Origin: a virus
Lineage: Duplodnaviria > Caudoviricetes
DNA length: 24,689 bases
Virus record (IMG/VR): IMGVR_UViG_3300010048_000039
Location: 1 to 24,689 of that record
Strand: one strand, 5' to 3'
In this document: in pieces, positions 17,555 through 24,689 of the stretch
Numbering within the stretch: the first letter of the stretch is position 1
Layout: every line of letters starts with the position of its first letter
Made by a program: the position numbers and the translations under genes
Notes under the pieces: model-generated
What the model was told of the DNA's origin: nothing
Databases searched by the model: none
What the model saw: the letters and a program-made list of their open reading frames with translations, nothing else

Positions 17555-17899
17555 ATGCAAATGGCTAAGATACGTATGGCACAACCTGAGTTCAGCTATG
17601 TAGAGCTGATCTCGAAAGCCGAGTACGAGGCTGCGCGTAGACTTGGAACGCCAGCATCGGTCGCACCGTGGGGGTTTCTAGAACACAACACGTGTGGCGT
17701 TGCATTGGATCGACACTTCCCTGGTCAGACGCGAACACTACACAAGGCATATCTACACTTCGGTGGCGAGAACTATTACTTGCTGCTCGAGCCGTTGACT
17801 GACCAGTCGTTCCAAGCCTTGAAGCTGCATAATCTTATGATCGGTGAGCCAGAGCAATCAGCCAAGGTCACACCAATCCGTAAGCGGTCAGCGACATGA
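17555..17899 (+). CDS. Hypothetical protein
   Basis: 114 aa with GGAG upstream; start may be 17561. Confidence 0.7.
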   Translation: MQMAKIRMAQPEFSYVELISKAEYEAARRLGTPASVAPWGFLEHNTCGVALDRHFPGQTRTLHKAYLHFGGENYYLLLEPLTDQSFQALKLHNLMIGEPEQSAKVTPIRKRSAT

Positions 17900-18009
17900 T
17901 CAAGGCGCAGAAGCAGCACAACAGGGTGCTGGTAGGTGTGGCTATAGTATGGACAGTAATAGCCATAGTATATGGCAGCGCAATACTGGTGATGCTGTCA
18001 GATGTCTAG
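17896..18009 (+). CDS. 37-aa single-pass membrane peptide
   Basis: Not in the ORF track. ATGA overlap with the previous stop. MIKAQKQHNRVLVGVAIVWTVIAIVYGSAILVMLSDV: basic N-terminus plus a hydrophobic stretch. Confidence 0.55.
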   Translation: MIKAQKQHNRVLVGVAIVWTVIAIVYGSAILVMLSDV

Positions 18010-18325
18010 CGATATGCTAGAAGCGTTTGCTGAATACGAGCGCCGCGATCCGGCAGTGGTCGGTCCCCGACATAACGTCGTAGGCATGCCACTCGGGTCG
18101 CGGCTGCACCGTATTTACAGACGTAGCTACGGTTGGCAGTTGTGGATCGCAACTGCTGACTTTGTTCGAGGAACATACTTGGAGTTGCACGACAATGGAC
18201 AAATCGTTAGGGTTACCATCCGTGATGATGAGGGCGACGAACATTTCGCCGTCAGACCAACCGATGAGCACATTCGCAGCACTGTCGGGATCAATCGAGA
18301 AGGTGACACAGGTCATACTGAATGA
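18002..18325 (+). CDS. Hypothetical protein
   Basis: 107 aa, in operon orientation. Confidence 0.6.
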   Translation: MSSDMLEAFAEYERRDPAVVGPRHNVVGMPLGSRLHRIYRRSYGWQLWIATADFVRGTYLELHDNGQIVRVTIRDDEGDEHFAVRPTDEHIRSTVGINREGDTGHTE

Positions 18326-18422
18326 TCTTGTTGAAGGCAACCCGTATCGGGCTGAGCGTAGCCTGCATGTGTTGCAGCAATTGACTGCTATGCTGCGAAG
18401 CTTGCCGCGTAAGCAGGAGTAG
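18264..18422 (+). CDS. Possible small helical protein
   Basis: 3' part of track ORF 18162..18422. Fills the gap before the HNH gene; start uncertain. Confidence 0.35.
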   Translation: MSTFAALSGSIEKVTQVILNDLVEGNPYRAERSLHVLQQLTAMLRSLPRKQE

Positions 18423-18428
18423 TACGCA

Positions 18429-18962
18429 GTGGCCCTTCCCAATGAACCATCAGATATCTTTGGTCTGATCGACATGCGGGAAGGGCCAAACGCGTGCTGG
18501 CGGTGGAACGGAACCTGGGGCGGGCCTCGACGGGAGCGGCGCCCGTATTACACCGTCGCAGGGCGCCGCACGATGGCCTACAGGTGGGTCTGGGAGCTAG
18601 TGAGTGGTGACACACTGGGTAGGGATCAATCGGTCCTCCACAGTTGCGACAACGGCGGCTGGCCGGTAGGTTGTTGTAACCCTGCACACCTGCGGATCGG
18701 CACCGTGCAGGACAACTCCAACGACATGATGGCCCGTGAGCGGCACGGGTTACCACAGACAGTCGTAAAAGCGATCCGCCGTCTCATAGAACGAGGACAG
18801 ACGCAGGAAGCAATCGCTGAGCTTTACGGGGTTAGCCGTGAAACCATTAGCGCCATCGCGACGCGTCGTGTATACAAGACACTTGTGCTTGATCCTTATC
18901 CTGATGACGAGTTGCGACTTCAGGCAGATGCCGCCATGCAGCACGTGGATCGTGATCGGTAG
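18429..18962 (+). CDS. HNH endonuclease with C-terminal HTH
   Basis: CWRWNG...AYRWVWEL...VLHSCDN...CCNPAHLRIGTVQDNSNDM, then QTQEAIAELYGVSRETISAI (HTH). AGGAG RBS. Confidence 0.88.
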   Translation: MALPNEPSDIFGLIDMREGPNACWRWNGTWGGPRRERRPYYTVAGRRTMAYRWVWELVSGDTLGRDQSVLHSCDNGGWPVGCCNPAHLRIGTVQDNSNDMMARERHGLPQTVVKAIRRLIERGQTQEAIAELYGVSRETISAIATRRVYKTLVLDPYPDDELRLQADAAMQHVDRDR

Positions 18963-19018
18963 CGTGACGTTCGATTGTGATACTGAACGATTGATGCAAC
19001 AACATCGAGGGGAGAGCA

Positions 19019-19234
19019 ATGGAGTTCCGCAAACTAACAGACGATGAAGCGTTACGGTTTCGTGCTTGGGCTCGTAAGAACTACGAGTTGTATACCGACA
19101 TCAGTGGTTTATGGCATCCGGTCGTGCAACATGAGTGCGTCCGGATGAATTCACATGCAGCTAAATATGTAGAAGGAGGTAACGATGCCAACTGTGAGCC
19201 GAGCGCAGCAGAAGTTGATGCACGGAATCGCTAG
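19019..19234 (+). CDS. Hypothetical protein
   Basis: 71 aa, GGGGAG RBS. Confidence 0.65.
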   Translation: MEFRKLTDDEALRFRAWARKNYELYTDISGLWHPVVQHECVRMNSHAAKYVEGGNDANCEPSAAEVDARNR

Positions 19235-19385
19235 CGGTAGCATCAAGTCGCGCAAGGGTTTGCCGCCGAAATCTGTTGCACAGGACTTTGCGCGTGCTGA
19301 TCATGCGCGTGGTGCGAAGAAGCTGCCTGAGCGTGTAGGTGTAGGACAAGCGATTGTCGAGGGTAGGAGCGCGCGAGATATATGA
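19185..19385 (+). CDS. Small basic protein (MPxxSxAQ-type phage family)
   Basis: 66 aa, AGGAGG RBS, MPTVSRAQQKLMHGIA...KKLPERV. Confidence 0.65.
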   Translation: MPTVSRAQQKLMHGIASGSIKSRKGLPPKSVAQDFARADHARGAKKLPERVGVGQAIVEGRSARDI

Positions 19386-19444
19386 CGCACATGCGTGTGC
19401 GTGTGCGTGTGCGTGTGTATAACGATCGGTAGCGTGTGTATAGC

Positions 19445-19475
19445 GATGAATAACTTCGCGGCTGCGCCGCGCTAG
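19445..19475 (-). repeat. Third, inverted copy of the GNA-triloop hairpin element
   Basis: Minus strand CTAGCGCGGCGCAGCCGCGAAGTTATTCATC, 26/31 identical to 15802-15832. Confidence 0.8.
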
Positions 19476-19483
19476 GAGTGCAC

Positions 19484-20404
19484 ATGGATAACGTAGTGCA
19501 GATGCCAAACATCAACGATCCGAATGATCCGTTTGCTAAATACAATACACCAGACAGTCCGCTGTTCTTTCCAGTTGGCGAACGCAAGGTCGGTTGGGAA
19601 ACACGGAGTGGTATGTATGAACGCACGCCGTCGCATAAGGCAATCATTCGCTTATCGCCGCGCGGTGATAGTGCAATGCTGCTCGATATCGTCGGTGGTA
19701 ATTATCGCTTGGTACATAACCGTGAATTGTTCTATGCAGTAGAGCAGGCGATGCGTGATGAGATGTTGCCTGAACACTTGAAGGATGTGCAAGTAGTCGA
19801 TCGCGTTGCGGGCTACGGTCGCGTGTGCTTGCGTCAGTATGTGTTCCCAAGCATCAGGTGCAGGTTACAGAATACAAGGAGTGACATCGGCTTTCGGATC
19901 GTGGTCCAGAATGGCTATGGCGGTAGCGCATTGCGGATACACGCAGGTGCAATCGACTTCTTCTGCACGAATGGCATCGTGCGTGGTGACTACGTGTCAA
20001 CGTATCGCAAGCATACGAGCGGTCTCGTAGTCGGTAGCTTGAACAGAACTGTTAAGGATGCACTGCATGAATTCGCTGCTGGCCAAGAGGAATGGCAGCG
20101 ATGGACCAAGACACCTGTGCGGTTCGAGCAGACAATGAAGCTGTTCGATACGATTGCACAGTCTGCGAAGATGCGTGAGGGTTTGGTTGATCAATACGAA
20201 CGCGAGGTTGATCAGCGTGGCCCTAATCTGTGGGCAGTCTACAGCACGCTCACGTTCTATGCGTCGCATGCCGATGGCGCGTTCTCGCTACGACGCACTG
20301 TCGAAGAACAAGACACGGTTGCAACAACGATGCTCACACGTGAGTTGAACGTTGCAAAGTGGACGCGAAGCGATGAATGGAGGGCAATGGAAGCAGCCAC
20401 TTGA
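19484..20404 (+). CDS. DUF932-family protein (putative)
   Basis: 306 aa from ATG 19484. IVGGNYRLVHN, IVVQNGYGGS, GAIDFFCTNGIV, RKHT and NLWAVYSTLTFYASH are characteristic of DUF932-like phage proteins. Confidence 0.75.
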   Translation: MDNVVQMPNINDPNDPFAKYNTPDSPLFFPVGERKVGWETRSGMYERTPSHKAIIRLSPRGDSAMLLDIVGGNYRLVHNRELFYAVEQAMRDEMLPEHLKDVQVVDRVAGYGRVCLRQYVFPSIRCRLQNTRSDIGFRIVVQNGYGGSALRIHAGAIDFFCTNGIVRGDYVSTYRKHTSGLVVGSLNRTVKDALHEFAAGQEEWQRWTKTPVRFEQTMKLFDTIAQSAKMREGLVDQYEREVDQRGPNLWAVYSTLTFYASHADGAFSLRRTVEEQDTVATTMLTRELNVAKWTRSDEWRAMEAAT

Positions 20405-20429
20405 CATACGTTCGTATATGTGCTACTAT
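20401..20429 (+). promoter_or_regulatory. Sigma70-type promoter P3
   Basis: TTGACA (20401-20406, overlapping the DUF932 stop), 17 bp, TACTAT (20424-20429) with TGn extension. Confidence 0.8.
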
Positions 20430-20482
20430 AGTGACACTGGCGAGATGGTCTCGTCAGGGTTATCGTGTATGGAGAATGCAGC

Positions 20483-20935
20483 ATGGCGCTGACATCTAGA
20501 GTAAGAGCTAAATTGTTTGACGCAATACATGTTGCGTTGGACAAGATCGGTAACTTGAACTCCACTGCAATGCCGCCGAGCAAAAATAATCGTGAGGCGA
20601 TTGCATGGGAGATGATGGTATCCGATGAAGTGCGACGACGTGCAATCAAGCGTCGCGAAGCAGCTTTCCAAGCCGCTAAGGATGCTGGGTTGATACCAGA
20701 TTACCTTGCCGAACCAACGCAGGCGCATCCGAAAGCTGAGTGTTGGCGTGGCGAACACGTGTCGATCTTAGCCGACATACGTGACAGAAAAGGTAGTGTG
20801 GATATGGATCGGTTCATCGCTAATCTGCAAAACGCAGGTGTGAAGTTGAACTTGATCACCAAGGCGTATGATCAAGCGCGGAAACCGAGTACGCTTCAGT
20901 CATTGTATGAAGCATTGCCAATAGTTGTAGACTGA
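20483..20935 (+). CDS. Hypothetical protein
   Basis: 150 aa from ATG 20483 (GGAG RBS), between P3 and a terminator. Confidence 0.75.
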   Translation: MALTSRVRAKLFDAIHVALDKIGNLNSTAMPPSKNNREAIAWEMMVSDEVRRRAIKRREAAFQAAKDAGLIPDYLAEPTQAHPKAECWRGEHVSILADIRDRKGSVDMDRFIANLQNAGVKLNLITKAYDQARKPSTLQSLYEALPIVVD

Positions 20936-20940
20936 TACGA

Positions 20941-20975
20941 GACGGGCACATCATTGTGGTGTGCCCGTTTTCTTT
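20941..20975 (+). terminator. Probable intrinsic terminator
   Basis: ACGGGCACA-N9-TGTGCCCGT followed by TTTCTTT. Confidence 0.7.
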
Positions 20976-20986
20976 GGGAGCAAGCA

Positions 20987-21226
20987 ATGGCAGACGAAAA
21001 GGTTACACACATAAAGCCTAAGTCTGAACATGCAGTGTATGAAGGACAGTCATACACGTGCACGTTTGATCCACATGCGATTCCCGATCGACGATGGTTC
21101 TACCACATCAAGTATAAGCGCGAGTACGACGTAGTAGGTGCACGCGCATCGTTGCAGCAGGCACATCAGGCTGCACGCAAGCACATCCGTGATATCAACA
21201 AGGATGTTAGCAATGGCAGAGCCTGA
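20987..21226 (+). CDS. Hypothetical protein
   Basis: 79 aa from ATG 20987, GGGAG RBS. Confidence 0.7.
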   Translation: MADEKVTHIKPKSEHAVYEGQSYTCTFDPHAIPDRRWFYHIKYKREYDVVGARASLQQAHQAARKHIRDINKDVSNGRA

Positions 21227-21539
21227 GCAATACGATACACCAACTCAACGTGCGACAATTACGCAATTGCAGGTCGATGAACTCGATGCGTGGCTAACAC
21301 GTATACGCGAACGTCGGCTGACGTATGTGCGTAAACTCGAAGCAGCCGCTAAGGTCCGTGCGGATGAAGTGCGTCTCGATGCATTCCTGAAACTCGAGCG
21401 GGCGTTGGTAAAAGCGCAGAGCGGATTAAGGCGTTTGGAAGCTGAAGACGCGAAAGTTGAGAAGCTGGTGCATAAGTGCCGCCTACTTGCTATGGCAGCG
21501 TTGATGGAGGTCGAACAAGATGAGCGTGAAAGCGCGTGA
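21213..21539 (+). CDS. Coiled-coil hypothetical protein
   Basis: 108 aa from ATG 21213 (MAEPEQ...), AAGGA RBS. Confidence 0.7.
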   Translation: MAEPEQYDTPTQRATITQLQVDELDAWLTRIRERRLTYVRKLEAAAKVRADEVRLDAFLKLERALVKAQSGLRRLEAEDAKVEKLVHKCRLLAMAALMEVEQDERESA

Positions 21540-21780
21540 TCTGCGCGACAACATACAGATGTATGGGTTTGAGAAAGGCATCGTCGCAACACTCGAGTTG
21601 TTACTCGATGAGCATGCAGAGTTACGACAACACATGAAGGAGGCAGCCGATCTAATCGGCCAACTTGTCGAAGCCACCGATCGGCTCAATGTCATCAATG
21701 GCGGCATTACGCGAATACTCGATATGATGCAGCGCGATCGAGAAGGTGGTGAGCAATATGTCAAGCCAGTGGACTGCTGA
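21520..21780 (+). CDS. Hypothetical protein
   Basis: 86 aa, GGAGG RBS. Confidence 0.7.
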   Translation: MSVKARDLRDNIQMYGFEKGIVATLELLLDEHAELRQHMKEAADLIGQLVEATDRLNVINGGITRILDMMQRDREGGEQYVKPVDC

Positions 21781-22858
21781 GTTCAGGTTAGCTGATCATG
21801 AAGCGGACCAACTACTAGAAGCGTATGACTTCACGAAGCTGTCGGCAATCAACACATGTCCGACATGGGGTATCGTGCGATACCAAATGCACAAGCGCAT
21901 GGTTGGCGAAGGCCGTGCGATGGCGCTCGAAGCGGGTAGCGCAATGCATGACGTGTTTGCATTCATTAGACTAGCGACGCTAATGAATCAACTCGATGCA
22001 GACAACATGCCTAGCGACTTCGTAGACGCAGCGCTCGTGCATCACGGCAACCGGCTATTCGGTGTCGATCGTGCATTGCAGATATTCGATCAAGTGCGCA
22101 AGGCCGAAGACATCACCGATGTTTGCAAACGCGGTGCGATAGCCGTGCTGGATACGAGCGGGTATTACGATGATCCGCGCGACAAACGACGCACGTTGTC
22201 GAACATGGAGGAATGTGCATACGCCTATATCAACCGATGGCGTTGGGATCATCGCGTGTGGATGCGTGATCCAGACGATCCGACATCAGATGTTGGTATC
22301 GAGATACCATTTGAGTTGGTCGTGTCGATCCACGGCAGTGATGAACTCATGTTCAGGTTGACCGGTCGTATCGACGGTATCCATTGGGACGGGCTGAACC
22401 GGTTGACGGTGCATGACAACAAGACCGCGTCGCGACTTGGTGACGCATGGGCAATGAGTCAGCAGATCAGTCATCAGTATACAGGATATTGCGTTGCCGC
22501 GAGCGTATTCACAGAGCAATCAGTGAATAACTGTGACGTACTTGGCCTAGCCATTCCGTTGCCAAGAACCTACGACTTCGGTGGGTTCATGCGCGAACCG
22601 ATGGTGCGACATGCTCATCACGTAGAAAGATGGGTTGCCTGGTTAGTGCATACGATCCAATTGGCCAGGAAGTATACCGACGATCCACTGAACGCACCGA
22701 AATACACCCATAGTTGCAATCGATACTTCCGACCGTGCTCACTAATACCATTCTGTTATGCCGACGACGATGAGCAGCGCACGATCTTGGACGAGATGGA
22801 ACATGACGAATGGTCACCACTGAACAAGCCGATACTAGATGGAGTAGGCAGCGAATGA
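21758..22858 (+). CDS. PD-(D/E)XK (Cas4/RecB-like) exonuclease
   Basis: CP...GSAMHD, GIEIPF, LTGRIDGI, VHDNKT, QYTGY and a C-terminal Cys cluster (SCNRYFRPCSLIPFC) consistent with an Fe-S staple. Confidence 0.85.
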   Translation: MSSQWTAEFRLADHEADQLLEAYDFTKLSAINTCPTWGIVRYQMHKRMVGEGRAMALEAGSAMHDVFAFIRLATLMNQLDADNMPSDFVDAALVHHGNRLFGVDRALQIFDQVRKAEDITDVCKRGAIAVLDTSGYYDDPRDKRRTLSNMEECAYAYINRWRWDHRVWMRDPDDPTSDVGIEIPFELVVSIHGSDELMFRLTGRIDGIHWDGLNRLTVHDNKTASRLGDAWAMSQQISHQYTGYCVAASVFTEQSVNNCDVLGLAIPLPRTYDFGGFMREPMVRHAHHVERWVAWLVHTIQLARKYTDDPLNAPKYTHSCNRYFRPCSLIPFCYADDDEQRTILDEMEHDEWSPLNKPILDGVGSE

Positions 22859-22871
22859 AGGAGGACGCTAT

Positions 22872-23138
22872 ATGTTGATAGAAGATAGTTGGACAAAGCG
22901 CTTGCAAATATCTGCCGAACGAGGCATAATAACGGACTGGCAGGACGCTTGGCTACTTGGCACGTATATAGGACAGACAGGACAACGTGGTATAACCCAA
23001 GACCATGATGGGAAATATTTCGCAAGGGTCAATTGCGATGGTGTCCAACACTATGTCGGGCGATTCACAACAATCGAAGAAGCAACCACTGCACGCAACG
23101 CGTGGTTGTCTAACGAAATGGAGAATTTCCATGGATGA
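22872..23138 (+). CDS. Stand-alone AP2 DNA-binding domain protein
   Basis: TGQRGI...KYFARV...HYVGRFTTIEEATTARN; AGGAGG RBS. Confidence 0.75.
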   Translation: MLIEDSWTKRLQISAERGIITDWQDAWLLGTYIGQTGQRGITQDHDGKYFARVNCDGVQHYVGRFTTIEEATTARNAWLSNEMENFHG

Positions 23139-23283
23139 AATCGAGTTTCTGCGGCTGCGGAATAAAGCATACGATGCGATAACGCACGACAAGCCCGGTG
23201 CGTTGATGATGCTATTGCATCTGATCGATGCGCTCGAGGAGCGTGTCACCGAGATGCAAGACGCGGAGGGTGATGATGAATGA
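23131..23283 (+). CDS. Small hypothetical protein
   Basis: 50 aa from ATG 23131 (MDEIEFLRLR...), GGAG RBS. Confidence 0.55.
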   Translation: MDEIEFLRLRNKAYDAITHDKPGALMMLLHLIDALEERVTEMQDAEGDDE

Positions 23284-24118
23284 TGTAACGTTATCAGGCG
23301 TCGTCGTATCGGCACCGAGTGCACGCGACATGCGGTTCTCAGGACTGATTTGGGGGCCGGCTGGTAGTGGCAAGACAACGCTTGCATCAACTGCACCAGG
23401 CATAAAGCTGCACATGTGTTTCGATCCTGATGGTGAAATGTCGCTTGCTGATCGAAGCGATGTGCTGACGATGGCGTTCTATCAATACAATCCACTCACG
23501 GTGGTTGGTGAGTTCAAGAAGTCTGATCCGTATGGTATCACCGGGTTCTTGCAGGAGCATGAAGAAGTCGAGACAGTGATACTCGATAGCATGACGGTGT
23601 ATGCGCACTACGCGTTGCTAGAAGCGGTGCAGCGTGCTGGTGGTGCGAAGGTGACGTTACAACAACCCGGCATGAATGGTTATTCGTATCGCAACTCACT
23701 CGTGTTGCAAGCTGCTTCTACAATGCTTGGCATCACTGCCAAGCTGCGTCGCAATATCATCTTCACGACACACGAAGGTGCACCTGATGTAGAGGACGAT
23801 GGCAACATCACCATGATCTTGTCCACGAACCTTGCCAATCAAATCGGGTTGCGGATCAACGAGGTTTGGCATCTCGCAGACCTGAATGGAACGTCGCGTG
23901 TGATCAGTGTCCGACCGCACACGCGAATGAAGCCGATGAAAACACGCATGTTCCGTGCTGATCACTTGGTCAAGTTCAATTGGTATTACAATGCCAACAC
24001 GAACACTGGCGAAGGCATTGCTGACTGGTGGCATGCGTGGAAGGAGAATAGCGGCAACAAGATAGACCTGCCGTCTATACCACGTGCAACCGCAAGCAAA
24101 GGAGGCGCCAAAAAGTAG
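23276..24118 (+). CDS. Sak4-like AAA_24 P-loop ATPase / ssDNA annealing protein
   Basis: LIWGPAGSGKTTLA, ETVILDSMT, NIIFTTHE. Sits between an exonuclease and an SSB-like gene. Confidence 0.8.
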   Translation: MNDVTLSGVVVSAPSARDMRFSGLIWGPAGSGKTTLASTAPGIKLHMCFDPDGEMSLADRSDVLTMAFYQYNPLTVVGEFKKSDPYGITGFLQEHEEVETVILDSMTVYAHYALLEAVQRAGGAKVTLQQPGMNGYSYRNSLVLQAASTMLGITAKLRRNIIFTTHEGAPDVEDDGNITMILSTNLANQIGLRINEVWHLADLNGTSRVISVRPHTRMKPMKTRMFRADHLVKFNWYYNANTNTGEGIADWWHAWKENSGNKIDLPSIPRATASKGGAKK

Positions 24119-24228
24119 CCCGCTGCCGTCCGAGTGCAGCGGGCCGAGTGTATGCAATGGCTTACCGAACCGGTTGGGAAGACCGGTCCATCTACATGTA
24201 GTATGTGGCCATAGAGGAGTCAAGCAGA

Positions 24229-24633
24229 ATGTCCATCGTTGATTACGGCGTCGATCTATCTACCGTCGAGCAGCCGCCGCTCCTGCCGCCCGGTCCGTAT
24301 CCGGCTGAGATCGTCGGTGCTACCGAGAAGACAAGCGGCAAGGGCAACCGCTATCTCAACATAGTGTTCCGCATTCATCCCGAAAGCTATCCGGCTGACT
24401 TCGTAGACGGCGACCCGGATGGTATAGAATTACACTACAATCTCGTGCAGTTAGAGAACTCCGCACGCAACCGCTACCAGATGCGGCGGTTGCTGGAACG
24501 TATCGGCATGAACATCCATGTGTCGAGTGTGGACTTCAACGACATGATCGGTCGTACGGCAACGATCGAGACCACACATACAGAATGGCAGGATGAGCAG
24601 CGAGTTCAGGTTGCACGCGTGCTCGCGCCGTGA
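24229..24633 (+). CDS. DUF669-like single-stranded DNA-binding protein
   Basis: LLPPGPYPAEIV..EKTSGKGNRYLNIVFRI...DMIGRTATI; GAGGAG RBS. Usual partner of Sak4. Confidence 0.72.
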   Translation: MSIVDYGVDLSTVEQPPLLPPGPYPAEIVGATEKTSGKGNRYLNIVFRIHPESYPADFVDGDPDGIELHYNLVQLENSARNRYQMRRLLERIGMNIHVSSVDFNDMIGRTATIETTHTEWQDEQRVQVARVLAP

Positions 24634-24639
24634 TATAGT
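24611..24639 (+). promoter_or_regulatory. Sigma70-type promoter P4
   Basis: TTGCAC (24611-24616), 17 bp, TATAGT (24634-24639) with TGn extension. Confidence 0.65.
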
Positions 24640-24665
24640 GTGCAGCCATCAATGGGAGGGCTATT

Positions 24666-24689
24666 ATGAGTGATAATGTTGCGTCCATC
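24666..24689 (+). CDS. Start of the next gene (MSDNVASI...), truncated
   Basis: GGAGG RBS then ATG at 24666, open to the window end. Confidence 0.55.

Noticed and set aside
1-24689. Genome-wide TAG stop-codon reassignment
   Set aside because: The long genes (terL, portal, spike, exonuclease) are intact under the standard code and several genes end sensibly at TAG.

Overview
A ~24.7 kb piece of a tailed dsDNA phage genome with a podovirus-like gene layout. The left half (1-13777, minus strand) is a tightly coupled late operon. In order it encodes three uncharacterised genes, TerS, a small ORF, TerL, a small ORF, portal, scaffold, major capsid, small ORFs, a free-standing LAGLIDADG endonuclease, a probable decoration protein, an adaptor/tail-tubular-like protein and two beta-helix tailspike-like proteins. 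The last of these is truncated by the window edge and begins with a signal-peptide-like N-terminus. The right half (14672-24689, mostly plus strand) holds early and recombination genes behind near-consensus sigma70 promoters: a monocistronic 345-aa unknown gene, an antisense Pro-rich repeat gene, a Zn-ribbon protein, HNH, DUF932-like, PD-(D/E)XK exonuclease, AP2, Sak4-like ATPase and DUF669-like SSB. The most unusual content is non-coding. It includes a recurring GC-GNA-GC DNA mini-hairpin element that brackets 15.8-19.5 kb in inverted orientation, long perfect purine/pyrimidine-alternating tracts, a nested dyad-symmetric element with a central G4-type motif at the late/early junction, and a repeated 30-bp operator-like element with a 16-bp palindrome. 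All product names come from motif recognition and gene order; no database search was run.
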